The notes under the pieces are model-generated. The model made no database searches and was not told the DNA's origin. It saw only the letters and a list, made by a program, of their open reading frames with translations. A stretch of 64,000 nt of DNA from Mytilus edulis (taxonomy: Eukaryota): positions 45,012,001 through 45,076,000 of the forward strand of contig NC_092345.1 of NCBI RefSeq assembly GCF_963676685.1, read 5' to 3'. Below are positions 1 to 12,239 of this stretch, in pieces. A program made the position numbers and the translations under genes. Each line of letters starts with the position of its first letter. Within the stretch, counting starts at the first letter, position 1.

Positions 1-917
1 TACACTTCGTGGTTAGTTTTTTCAATAAGAGGAAAAAATATTTTGTAAAATTTAAAATAATAGAAGGACACGACACGACACGTACACTAGCTGATTGATG
101 TATTCTTTTAAGATTGTTCGGTCACTTTTATCAATGCCTATGGGTTTGGTTTTTTTTTAATTTCATAAAACGATGTTATTAATTGACTTACCTTCATATT
201 TGTAGTTATTATATAAAAAAAAGGATCATTTTCAAGAAGTGTACATTGTTAAAAAAAATCTTTTTCAATACTCAGATTACTTCCGGAATTTTAAAGTAAT
301 CATTAATGAAAAAAAAGTTAAGTGTACGGAGCCATACTCACAAGTATTCTCTTTTGCTGAAACAAGAATTAAAATAGGAATGCCGATGCTCTGTTCAAAA
401 TAAAATCAGTGATTATTTGATATGGCGAAAAAACACGACTATCAATTTTATGCATGTATAAGTGGTAATTACTCTTCAATAAAAACAGTGTGTTACCTAT
501 AAAACTGTCATACAAATTTATAAAGTTTTTTAGTAAGCTATCTACACACAATGAGCTGTGATGTTATTTGAATTAAGACAACGTTCGACCACAGTCTAAA
601 TGGCGTGAATGTAAACAACATAAGGTTATCACATGGTTACTTTTGGTTTTTCTTGATAAATATCGATTGAAATATCTCTTACTATCAAATTTATACTTGC
701 ATGTGGAACTGATATTATGATATCAAAATGTATCGGGTATAGTTGTACAAAAAGGAACAGGTGGTAGGAAGTTATGGTTTGAATGAAAACTTGTAATCTG
801 CATGTCATTGATTACAGTTATGTCGGGGTAGTTGCTAAATATAGACCGATCAAAGAAAAATATTATATTTCCTTTCTCAATTTTATGGTAATAATATTTG
901 ATTTGTGCATAACGTAT

Positions 918-1085
918 TCATAAAAAATGTGGATTCCTACGTTGCATATAAAGATGCTGTGCAAATCTGTAGCAATGTCTTTTTGATGTGTTTCCCTTAG
1001 TTTTATTTTGTAACCCGGATTTGTTTTTTTTCTCAATCGATTTATGTATTTCGAATAGCGGTATACTACTGTTGTCCTTATCTAT
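918..1085 (-). repeat. Interspersed repeat fragment; another copy at ~37073-37225 (+)
   Basis: Reverse complement of aaggacaacagtagtataccgct... matches aaggcaacagtagtataccgctg at ~37078. Confidence 0.6.
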
Positions 1086-1470
1086 TACTTTCACTGCTTC
1101 CAGTATCAGCATTTTAACTACAGAGATCAAAAGGGTAAAGGGATTAATCCAAATTTATTAAGTTCGATCGTGTATTTCTGTTGAGTTAACACTAACAAAC
1201 GCAGAGAGACTATGTTTTGAAAGCTAACTATTTTTAAAGATCAAGGAGACTACGAGTATAACAAAAGAAGGACACAGAAAGAATAGAAAGACAGTAACGT
1301 AGCTTAATTGTTTTTTAGAAAAATTCTCAACGTATCGGCTTAAACCTTCTGAGATATCTATCCAGTGCCATGTTTGCCTGCCGTCTTAGCTGTAAAAACG
1401 TTTGATTCCAGACTAGAGACCTACCGCGTGATCAAATATTTGTGTATTGCAACTTGTAAAGTGTACTTAC

Positions 1471-1548
1471 CGACCCATACTTCTGGCTTGCCAGTAAGAT
1501 TTCCAGGAGTACAGATGTCACACAAATTTGGAGGTGAATCCATTTGCA
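1471..1548 (-). CDS. Gene A exon 4 (secreted Cys-rich protein): (M)QMDSPPNLCDICTPGNLTGKPEVWV
   Basis: Minus strand tttgtatcacAG|...GTCG|GTaagt, 78 nt, phase 1/1. Same length, phase and Cys positions as gene C exon 4 (41678-41755). Confidence 0.88.
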
Positions 1549-2424
1549 CTGTGATACAAATAAATCCCCATTTAATTTTATTCAGAAATTATTTGTTATA
1601 CAAATTGCTTAATATTTGTGGACTGGACATTCTAGAGCTTTGAAAGATGTTTTTTTTTACTTTGCAAAGGTTTTGTGTGAGTTCTGCTTCAAATGACTAC
1701 AACATTAAGTTGACAATAGGAGTGCACTGTTACAATACTGACCCTTTGTTGAAATAGTAATCCACCAAACTCAACCAATATGTTGTCAAGCAAACAACCC
1801 AACGGTTTATATTTTTTTCTATAATTAGCGCGATTCTTTACAAAGTATGATTTCGTATGACCTCAAACAAAAATATGTATCTACGATTCTGATTTTTGTA
1901 GTTATAATGGAAAAGAAAGGCTGTCACCCGTTTAATGAGACGTTGTTTTTCGATTTTTCAACTGAGTATGAGGAATAGTAGTGTGAAGTGTAGAAAAATC
2001 ATTGGTATTACTTAAAAGGTCGTGGTTGAAGGTTTTGCATTATATCTTTAGAATCTTAACACTCCAAATCTGATTGACACCACTGGTTGAATATAACTTT
2101 TGTTACTGTAGAAAGGACTGTTGTTAATTAATTTAAAAGATAAATAGTCTAACATCTTGAAAACCGGTTTATATATCATTGTTTATATCGATTTTGTGAA
2201 CATTATGTATCCATTAAAAAGCGATTTGTAAGAAAATTTAAAGTATAATGTACAATAACAATCAGACAAATGAAACTGAATTTTCATAAAACAGATACCA
2301 GTAATTAATCACCAAACAATAAATTTATTATTATATATTTCCCTTTCTATCATTTAATATTTTCCTGTCTACATCCTTTCTGTATTTCTCTTTTCTTTAA
2401 TACATTTTAGATAATTGAACTTAC

Positions 2425-2510
2425 TTAGAGGTGTTTCTAACAACACAAAGCTGTTCTCACACACGTCGTTAAGTTTTATACATCTGTATATATCTTTATT
2501 TTTCCCTCGT
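2425..2510 (-). CDS. Gene A exon 3: (R)RGKNKDIYRCIKLNDVCENSFVLLETPL
   Basis: ctttgttcAG|...CTAA|GTaagt, 86 nt, phase 2/1. Matches gene C exon 3 (39666-39751). Confidence 0.88.
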
Positions 2511-2714
2511 CTGAACAAAGAAAAAATCATAATGAATCAATAATGATAACAGTGTATTTGCTGAGCAACTTTTTGCTAAAAGATTTTATTGTTACTTATT
2601 TTAGTTTGAAAATTATCATACTAGTACTTGTCAATTAAAGTCAGTTTTTATTTTGACAAAAAAGAAATAAGATTTTTACAAAAATGAACGGGACTGGAAA
2701 AGCATTTCACTTAC

Positions 2715-2874
2715 CTGTTAACAATGAACGGTCCTTCTCTAATCAAACATTCTATAACAATGTCAGGTGCAATATGTAATTGGTATGCATTTGGAACTAG
2801 AAGGTCTATGTCCAGTAATTCATTGTAGAATGTTCTCTTTTGCCAATTACATGGGAAAGAACACATACAGTTCA
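2715..2874 (-). CDS. Gene A exon 2: (V)NCMCSFPCNWQKRTFYNELLDIDLLVPNAYQLHIAPDIVIECLIREGPFIVN(R)
   Basis: T-tract ataaAG|...AACAG|GTaagt, 160 nt, phase 1/2. Lies inside ORF 2711..2905 and matches gene C exon 2. Confidence 0.88.
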
Positions 2875-4222
2875 CTTTATAAAAAAAAACAATTATGTAA
2901 AACATGTCAACTAAAATAGTTTCTAGGTGATGATTTCTATCAGTACCAATTTCAAAACTGTCAGTTTGTTACATTACCATTATAACATCTACGCTAGAAA
3001 CCACTTTCTGTAAATTCTTACAAAATGTTAAATCTTGTAAAAATTTAAATATAAATTTATTTCCTGGATTTGTTGTATTTAAAGTTGGACAAATTCAATA
3101 TTGCTTCAAATGAACTTTTTGTAAAATTCTTTTAAGTACGCTTAAAGATTTATCTGGAAGATTATTTTTTTCATGGCACTGTTGATTGTTTGATAAAAAG
3201 TAAAACAAACGGACCGAACTCAAAGGAAAGATCAAAAAGGGGAAGTCCAGAAAAACACACAAAATCAAACTATATCAATCAACGGAAACGAGTGAAAAAC
3301 AACTGTCATATTTCTAACTTGGTACAAGAATCAAAAGATTTTAAAACCTGAATAAAGTTCGTTGTTTTCTTTTCCGCCAACTCTGACCGCTCCAAATGTG
3401 TTCCTTTTTTATACTTAACTAGCTTTCATTACTACAAAGAGCTTATATTTGTGATAATGTTACTCAAAAAAAAAAAACACCACATAGGTGGTATACATAG
3501 CCACAATCTGGATTCCAATTAGTATTGCTTTTATCAGAGATTTTAATAAACAAAGCTACAAAGTATATCTTAGGTATACAATTTTTAAACACTTCCATAT
3601 GTAAGTTAACGATTTGAAAAGTATTTTAGATTTGAATTAACATACTGCTATAATGCTAATCCATTTCAAATGAATCTCTTGAGTAAAGTCAATAACTCTC
3701 AGCTCATGAAATTTTACAAACGAACGCGTCCCTACATAATTCAAAGAAATGGAGGCTTATAATTCTTACCTTGAATAATAGAGATTAATTATAAAGAAAT
3801 ACAAGTCCCGGAAAATTGTCCTTGAACTACCGTACGTGTAATAGAAAATTTGACGATATTAATAAATATATTGACTCCAACTTATTTGAAATAATTTCGC
3901 AATTAATGGAAAGATTATTTTGCTAATGATAAGCATCAAAACGCAATGAAATTTAATTATACACACAGCAGTCATTATGATAGGAATACAAAAGAGAAGA
4001 CTCTCATACGATTACCACCACCTTTACATGTAATGTTTGTGATGTATGTTATAATATTAAAACGATGAGAAATACTCTTAATTAATTGCACGAAGTTTCT
4101 GGTGGCATCACGGGATAAAGCTTTTCATCTATTCATTACTTACAGACAGACCCTTTACAAGCAAAAAAAATGTTTTGTCGTCTACACTTAAAATGATTTT
4201 TACCAAAAAAAAAAGAATTTAC

Positions 4223-4280
4223 CTTGTTTATAACAGACAAGACCAGCAAATAACAAAGCAATCGTTGCCCTCAGAAGCAT
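4223..4280 (-). CDS. Gene A exon 1, proximal copy (unit 1): signal peptide MLLRATIALLFAGLVCYKQ
   Basis: ATG...CAAG|GTaaat, 58 nt, phase 1, joins exon 2 in frame. Hydrophobic core; lies downstream of TATA and CCAAT boxes. Confidence 0.85.
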
Positions 4281-4377
4281 GCTGTAATTGTTAAGTTCAC
4301 TATTCGATATCACAACGTTTTTGTTTAGCGAGTTTGTTTCTTGTACAGTTGTACTATACAATTTGCAAATTTCTTCT

Positions 4378-4450
4378 TTTTATACTTGAGAGAAAACAAT
4401 GAATTTCTTATGTTCTTTCTATACTCTGACGAGTGTCTTATTCTGATTGG
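4378..4450 (-). promoter_or_regulatory. Core promoter of gene A (unit 1; repeated in all 8 units): CCAAT box 4446-4450 and TATAAAA 4378-4384
   Basis: Minus strand caCCCAATCAGaa, then ~65 bp, then TATAAAAAG about 100 bp before the ATG. Both boxes are conserved in genes B and C. Confidence 0.75.
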
Positions 4451-4927
4451 GTGAAAATCTCTTTCAAAAAGAAAAAAAGTTTGAAAATCAATGAGATTAT
4501 TTTTACGCATGCATAAAAATACTTAAGAAAAAACAAATTGTTTAATGCACAGATATATAAATCAGCATATGTGAACAACAATTACAACATACATGTAAAA
4601 TACAAGTTAAAATCTGCATAGATCAGCAGATGTTTCTCCATATTTTGTATTATAAACATTCATCGTTTCCATTCTCAATTGTTTGATACATGGTTTTATA
4701 TTAAACATGAATAGATTTTAAAATGGACCGAAATAATCACGAATTTAAATCATGAGTGTTAAACCACACATCAGAACCAAATAGATATTAAGAGTTGGAA
4801 AATAAAAAAAAACAAAACAAAACATTTATTAATCTTAACTTGACGCTTTTCAAATTAAATTAGTCAAAAATCATAAAAAAAAAAATATGATATTATAAAA
4901 ATAATTACTAAACATTATATGAACGAA

Positions 4928-5372
4928 TCAGTTACAGCTGGGGGAAACGTCCATTTCTCTAATTTTTGCGCTATCATCACATTTCTTGATCGATGTGAGA
5001 ACAATATTTTTCCTCACTAGTGAATAAGCTGTTGTCGGCAAATGATTGGTCGAAATTGTATTGTGACGTTGAATTTTCTTGGTTTTTTTCTGAATTTTCC
5101 TATTGTGACGATATGGTAAAAAGGCGACCATGCTTGATGACGTCACATAAAAAGTAAACATATTTCTTCAAATTTTTGAAAAGGAGGGCTACAAATCATT
5201 AGAGAAACAAAATCCACCACTTTAACTCGTGTAGTACGATTTTTCTCCACTCTCAACTGTTAAAGTTTAATTATTTATAAAGCTTTGCCAGCCTCACGCT
5301 TTAAATATTAAGATTTAACGGTCTCGAGTGGAGAAATATCGTAGCACACTTGTTGCAGTTATGGAATCTATA
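4928..5372. mobile_element. Non-autonomous element ending in a long imperfect palindrome (5209-5370); present in every unit and in the gene C upstream region (~37380-37810)
   Basis: Arms gtgtagtacgatttttctccactctcaactgttaaa / tttaacggtctcgagtggagaaatatcgtagcacac around a ~14-nt loop. A Crypton-like assignment is inference only. Confidence 0.5.
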
Positions 5373-6861
5373 TATCCAAGACCACATCGATTGATCAGCG
5401 CTTATCTCACCATTGATAATGCAGAGTTGTTCGGATTTGTTCCCCAGAATTCTATATTCTTTAGGCGGGTTAATTTTCAGTGAATTAGATCAAATATATT
5501 ATAGGAATATATTTACTCTTTTATAAAAAAAACAATTATGTAAAACATGTCAACTAAAATAGTGTCTAGGTGATGATTTCTATCAGTACCAATTTCAAAA
5601 CTGTCAGTTTGTTACATTACCTTTATAACATCTACGCTAGAAACCACTTTCTGTAAATTCTTACAAAATGTTAAATCTTGTAAAAAATTAAATATAAATT
5701 TATTTCCCTGGATTTGTTGTATTTAAAGTTGGACAAATTCAATATTGCTTCAAATGAACTGAGTAAAATTCTTTTAAGTACGCTTAAAGATTTATCTGGA
5801 AGATTATTTTTTTCATGGCATTGTTGATTGTTTGATAAAAAGTAAAACAAACGGACCAAACTCAAAGGAAAGATCAAAAAGGGGAAGTCCAGAAAAACAC
5901 ACAAAATCAAACTATATCAATCAACGGAAACGAGTGAAAACCAACTGTCATATTTCTAACTTGGTACAAGAATTCAAAAGATTTTAAAACCTGAATAAAG
6001 TTCGTTGTTTTCTTTCCCGCCAACTCTGACCGCTCCAAATGTGTTCCTTTTTATACTTAACTAGCTTTCATTACTACAAAGAGCTTATATTTGTGATAAT
6101 GTTACCCAAAAAAAACCCCACCACATAGGTGGTATACATAGCCACAATCTGGATTCCAATTAGTATTGCTTTTATCAGAGATTGTAATAAACAAAGCTAC
6201 AAATTATATCTTAGGTATACAATTTTTAAACACTTCCATATGTAAGTTAACGATTTGAAAAGTATTTTAGATTTGAATTAACATACTGCTAAAAAGCTAA
6301 TCAATTTCAAATGAATCTCTAGAGTAAAGTCAATAACTCTCAGCTCATGAAATTTTACAAACGAACGCGTCCCTACATAATTCAAAGAAATGGAGGCTTA
6401 TAATTTTTACCTTGAATAATAGAGATTAATTATAAAGAAATAAAGGTCCCGGAAAATTGTCCTTGAACTACCGTACGTGTAATAGAAAATTTGACGATAT
6501 TAATAAATATATTGACTCCAACTTATTTGAAATAATTTCGCAATTAATGGAAAGATTTTTTTGCTAATGATAAGCATCAAAACGCAATGAAATTTAATTA
6601 TACACACAACAGTCATTATGATAGGAATACAAAAGAGAAGACTCTCATACGATTACCACCACCTTTACATGTCATGTTTTTGATGTATGTTATAATATTA
6701 AAACGATGAGAAATACTCTTAATTAATTGCACGAAGTTTCTGGTGGCATCACGAGATAAAGCTTTTCATCTATTCATTACTTACAGACAGACCCTTTACA
6801 AGCAAAGAAAATGTTTTGTCGTCTACACTTAAAATAATTTTTACAAAAAAAAAGAATTTAC

Positions 6862-6919
6862 CTTGTTTATAACAGACAAGACCAGCAAATAACAAAGCAA
6901 TCGTTGCCCTCAGAAGCAT
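6862..6919 (-). CDS. Exon 1 copy, unit 2 (intact signal-peptide exon)
   Basis: Same 58-nt ATG-to-donor exon; lies inside ORF 6770..6952. Expression is unknown. Confidence 0.65.
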
Positions 6920-9539
6920 GCTGTAATTGTTAAGTTCACTATTCGATATCACAACGTTTTTGTTTAGCGAGTTTCTTGTACAGTTGTACTATACAATTTG
7001 CAAATTTCTCCTTTTTATACTTGAGAGAAAACAATGAATTTCTTATGTTCTTTCTATACTCTGACGAGTGTCTTATTCTGATTGGGTGAAAATCTCTTTC
7101 AAAAGGAAAAAAAGTTTGAAAATCAATGAGATTATTTTTACGCATGCATAAAAATACTTAAGAAAAAATAAATTGTTTAATGCACAGATATATAAATCAG
7201 CATATGTGAACAACAATTACAACATACATGTAAAATACAAGTTAAAATCTGCATAGATCAGCAGATGTTTCTCCATATTTTGTATATTTTAATATTTTGT
7301 ATTATAAACATTCACCGTTTCCATTCTCAATTGTTTGATACATGGTTTTATATTAAACATGAATAGATTTTAAAATGGACCGAAATAATCACGAATTTAA
7401 ATCATGAGTGTTAAACCACACATAAGAACCAAATAGATATTAAGAGTTGGAAAATAAAAAAAAAACAAAACAAAACATTTATTAATCTTAACTTGACGCT
7501 TTTCAAATTAAATTAGTCAAAAATCATAAAAAAAAATATGATATTATAAAAATAATTACTAAACATTATATGAACGAATCAGTTACAGCTGGGGGAAACG
7601 TCCATTTCCCTAATTTTTGCGCTATTATCACATTTCTTGATCGATGTGAGAACAATATTTTCCCTCACTAGTGAATAAGCTGTTGTCGGCAAATGATTGG
7701 TCGAAATTGTATTGTGACGTTGAATTTTCTTGGTTTTTTTCTGAATTTTCCTATTGTGACGATATGGTAAAAAGGCGACCATGCTTGATGACGTCACATA
7801 AAAAGTAAACATATTTCTTCAAATTTTTGAAAAGGAGGGCTACAAATCATTAGAGAAACAAAATCCACCACTTTAACTCGTGTAGTACGATTTTTCTCCA
7901 CTCTCAACTGTTAAATTTTAATTATTTATAAAGCTTTGCCAGCCTCGCGCTTTAAATATTAAGATTTAACGGTCTCGAGTGGAGAAATATCGTAGCACAC
8001 TTGTTGCAGTTATGGAATCTATATATCCAAGACCACATCGATTGATCAGCGCTTATCTCACCATTGATAATGCAGAGTTGTTCGGATTTGTTCCCCAGAA
8101 TTCTATATTCTTTAGGCGGGTTAATTTTCAGTGAATTAGATCAAATATATTATAGGAATATATTAATTTTTTTATAAAAAAAAAACAATTATGTAAAACA
8201 TGTCAACTAAAATAGTTTCTAGGTGATGATTTCTATCAGTACCAATTTCAAAACTGTCAGTTTGTTACATTACCTTTATAACATCTACGCTAGAAACCAC
8301 TTTCTGTAAATTCTTACAAAATGTTAAATCTTGTAAAAAATTAAATATAAATTTATTTCCCTGGATTTGTTGTATTTAAAGTTGGACAAATTCAATATTG
8401 CTTCAAATGAACTGAGTAAAATTCTTTTAAGTACGCTTAAAGATTTATCTGGAAGATTATTTTTTTCATGGCACTGTTGATTGTTTGATAAAAAGTAAAA
8501 CAAACGGCCCAAACTCAAAGGAAAGCTCAAAAAGGGGAAGTCCAGAAAAACACACAAAATCAAACTATATCAATCAACGGAAACGAGTGAAAAACAACTG
8601 TCATATTTCTAACTTGGTACAAGAATCAAAAGATTTTAAAACCTGAATAAAGTTCGTTGTTTTCTTTTCAATAAAGTTCGTTGTTTTCTTTTCCGCCAAC
8701 TCTGACCGCTCCAAATGTGTTCCTTTTTTATACTTAACTAGCTTTCATTACTACAAAGAGCTTATATTTGTGATAATGTTACTCAAAAAAAAAAACACCA
8801 CATAAGTGGTATACATAGCTACAATCTGGATTCCAATTAGTATTGCTTTTATCAGAGATTTTAATAAACAAAGCTACAAAGTATATCTTAGGTATACAAT
8901 TTTTAAACACTTCCATATGTAAGTTAACGATTTGAAAAGTATTTTAGATTTGAATTAACATACTGCTATAATGCTAATCCATTTCAAATGAATCTCTAGA
9001 GTAAAGTCAATAACTCTCAGCTCATAAAAATTTACAAACGAACGCGTCCCTACATAATTCAAAGAAATGAAGGCTTATAATTCTTACCTTGAATAATAGA
9101 GATTAATTATAAAGAAATACAAGTCCCGGAAAATTGTCCTTGAATTACCGTACGTGTAATAGAAAATTTGACGATATTAATAAATATATTGACTCCAACT
9201 TATTTGAAACAATTTCGCAATTAATGTAAAGATTTTTTTGCTAATGATAAGCATCAAAACGCAATGAAATTTAATTATACACACAGCAGTCATTATGATA
9301 GGAATACAAAAGAGAAGACTCTCATACGATTACCACCACCTTTACATGTAATGTTTGTGATGTATGTTATAATATTAAAACGATGAGAAATACTCTTAAT
9401 TAATTGCACGAAGTTTCTGGTGGCATCACGGGATAAAGCTTTTCATTTATTCATTACTTACAGACAGGCCCTTTACAAGCAAAGAAAATGTTTTGTCGTC
9501 TACACTTAAAATAATTTTTACAAAAAAAAAAGAATTTAC

Positions 9540-9597
9540 CTTGTTTATAACAGACAAGACCAGCAAACAACAAAGCAATCGTTGCCCTCAGAAGCAT
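9540..9597 (-). CDS. Exon 1 copy, unit 3
   Basis: Intact, with one synonymous change (TTA to TTG); donor GTaaat intact. Confidence 0.65.
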
Positions 9598-12181
9598 GCT
9601 GTAATTGTTAAGTTCACTATTCGATATCACAACGTTTTTGTTTGGCGAGTTTCTTGTACAGTTGTACTATACAATTTGCAAATTTCTTCTTTTTATACTT
9701 GAGAGAAAACAATGAATTTCTTATGTTCTTTCTATACTCTGACGAGTGTCTTATTCTGATTGGGTGAAAATCTCTTTCAAAAAGAAAAAAAGTTTGAAAA
9801 TCAACGAGATTATTTTTACGCATGCATGAAAATACTTAAGAAAAAATAAATTGTTTAATGCACAGATATATAAATCAGCATATGTGAACAACAATTACAA
9901 CATACATGTAAAATACAAGTTAAAATCTGCATAGATCAGCAGATGTTTCTCCATATTTTGTATATTTGAATATTTTGTATTATAAACATTCACCGTTTCC
10001 ATTCTCAATTGTTTGATACATGGTTTTATATTAAACATGAATAGATTTTAAAATGGACCGAAATAATCACGAATTTAAATCATGAGTGTTAAACCACACA
10101 TCAGAACCAAATAGATATTAAGAGTTGGAAAATAAAAAAAACAAAACAAAACATTTATTAATCTTAACTTGACGCTTTTCAAATTAAATTAGTCAAAAAT
10201 CATTAAAAAAAATATGATATTATAAAAATAATTGCTAAACATTATATGAACGAATCAGTTACAGCTGGGGGAAACGTCCATTTCTCTAATTTTTGCGCTA
10301 TTATCACATTTCTTGATCGATGTGAGAACAATATTTTCCCTCACTAGTGAATAAGCTGTTGTCGGCAAATGATTGGTCGAAATTGTATTGTGACGTTGAA
10401 TTTTCTTGGTTTTTTTCTGAATTTTCCTATTGTGACGATATGGTAAAAAAGCGACCATGCTTGATGTCGTCACATAAAAAGTAAACATATTTCTTCAATT
10501 TTTTGAAAAGGAGGGCTACAAATCATTAGAGAAACAAAATCCACCACTTTAACTCGTGTAGTACGATTTTTCTCCACTCTCAACTGTTAAATTTTAATTA
10601 TTTATAAAGCTTTGCCAGCCTCGCGCTTTAAATATTAAAATTTAACGGTCTCGAGTGGAGAAATATCGTAGCACACTTGTAGCAGTTATGGAATCTATAT
10701 ATCCAAGACCACATCGATTGATCAGCGCTTATCTCACCATTGATAATGCAGAGTTGTTCGGATTTGTTCCCCAGAATTCTATATTCTTTAGGCGGGTTAA
10801 TTTTCAGTGAATTAGATCAAATATATTATAGGAATATATTTACTCTTTTATAAAAAAAAAAAAATTATGTAAAACATGTCAACTAAAATAGTGATGATTT
10901 CTATCAGTACCAATTGCAAAACTGTCAGTTTGTTACATTACCTTTATAACATCTACGCTAGAAACCACTTTCTGTAAATTCTTACAAAATGTTAAATCTT
11001 GTAAAAAATTAAATATAAATTTATTTCCTTGGGTTTGTTGTATTTAAAGTTGGACAAATTCAATATTGCTTCAAATGAACTTAGTAAAATTCTTTTAAGT
11101 ACGCTTAAAGATTTATCTGGAAGATTATTTTTTTCATGGCACTGTTGATTGTTTGATAAAAAGTAAAACAAACGGACCAAACTCAAAGGAAAGATCAAAA
11201 AGGGGAAGTCCAGAAAAACACACAATATCAAACTATATCAATGAACGGAAACGAGTGAAAAACAACTGTCATATTTCTAACTTGGTACAAGAATCAAAAG
11301 ATTTTAAAACCTGAATAAAGTTCGTTGTTTTCTTTTCCGCCAACTCTGACCACTCCAAATGTGTTCCTTTTTATACTTTACTAGCTTTCATTACTACAAA
11401 GAGCTTATATTTGTGATAATGTTACCCAAAAAAAACACCACCACATAGGTGGTATACATAGCCACAATCTGGATTCCAATTAGTATTGCTTTTATCAGAG
11501 ATAGTAATAAACAAAGCTACAAAGTATATCTTAGGTATACAATTTTTAAACACTTCCATATGCAAGTTAACGATTTGAAAAGTATTTTAGATTTGAATTA
11601 ACATACTGCTAAAATGCTAATCCATTTCAAATGAATCTCTAGAGTAAAGTCAATAACTCTCAGCTCATGAAATTTTACAAACGAACGCGTCCCTACATAA
11701 TTCAAAGAAATGGAGGCTTATAATTCTTACCTTGAATAATAGTGATTAATTATAAAGAAATACAAGTCCCGGAAAATTGTCCTTGAACTACCGTACGTGT
11801 AATAGAAAATTTGACGATATTAATAAATATATTGACTCCAACTTATTTGAAATTATTTCACAATTAATGTAAAGATTTTTTTGCTAATGATAAGCATCAA
11901 AACGCAATGAAATTTAATTATACACACAGCAGTCATTATGATAGGAATACAAAAGAGAAGACTTTCATACGATTACCACCACCTTTACATGTAATGTTTG
12001 TGATGTATGTTATAATATTAAAACGATGAGAAATACACTTAATTAATTGCACGAAGTTTCTGGTGGCATCACGGGAAAAAGCTTTTCATCTATTCATTAC
12101 TTACAGACAGACCCTTTACAAGCAAAGAAAATGTTTTGTCGTCTACACTTAAAATAATTTTTACAAAAAAAAAGAATTTAC

Positions 12182-12239
12182 CTTGTTTATAACAGACAAG
12201 ACCAGCAAATAACAAAGCAATCGTTGCCCTCAGAAGCAT
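12182..12239 (-). CDS. Exon 1 copy, unit 4
   Basis: Intact ATG, frame and donor; lies inside ORF 12090..12272. Confidence 0.65.

Noticed and set aside
3765-3830. Strong donor-like AAG|GTAAGA (minus strand) inside intron 1 as an extra exon
   Set aside because: The phase-compatible frame has a stop, and the segment is deleted in intact gene C.
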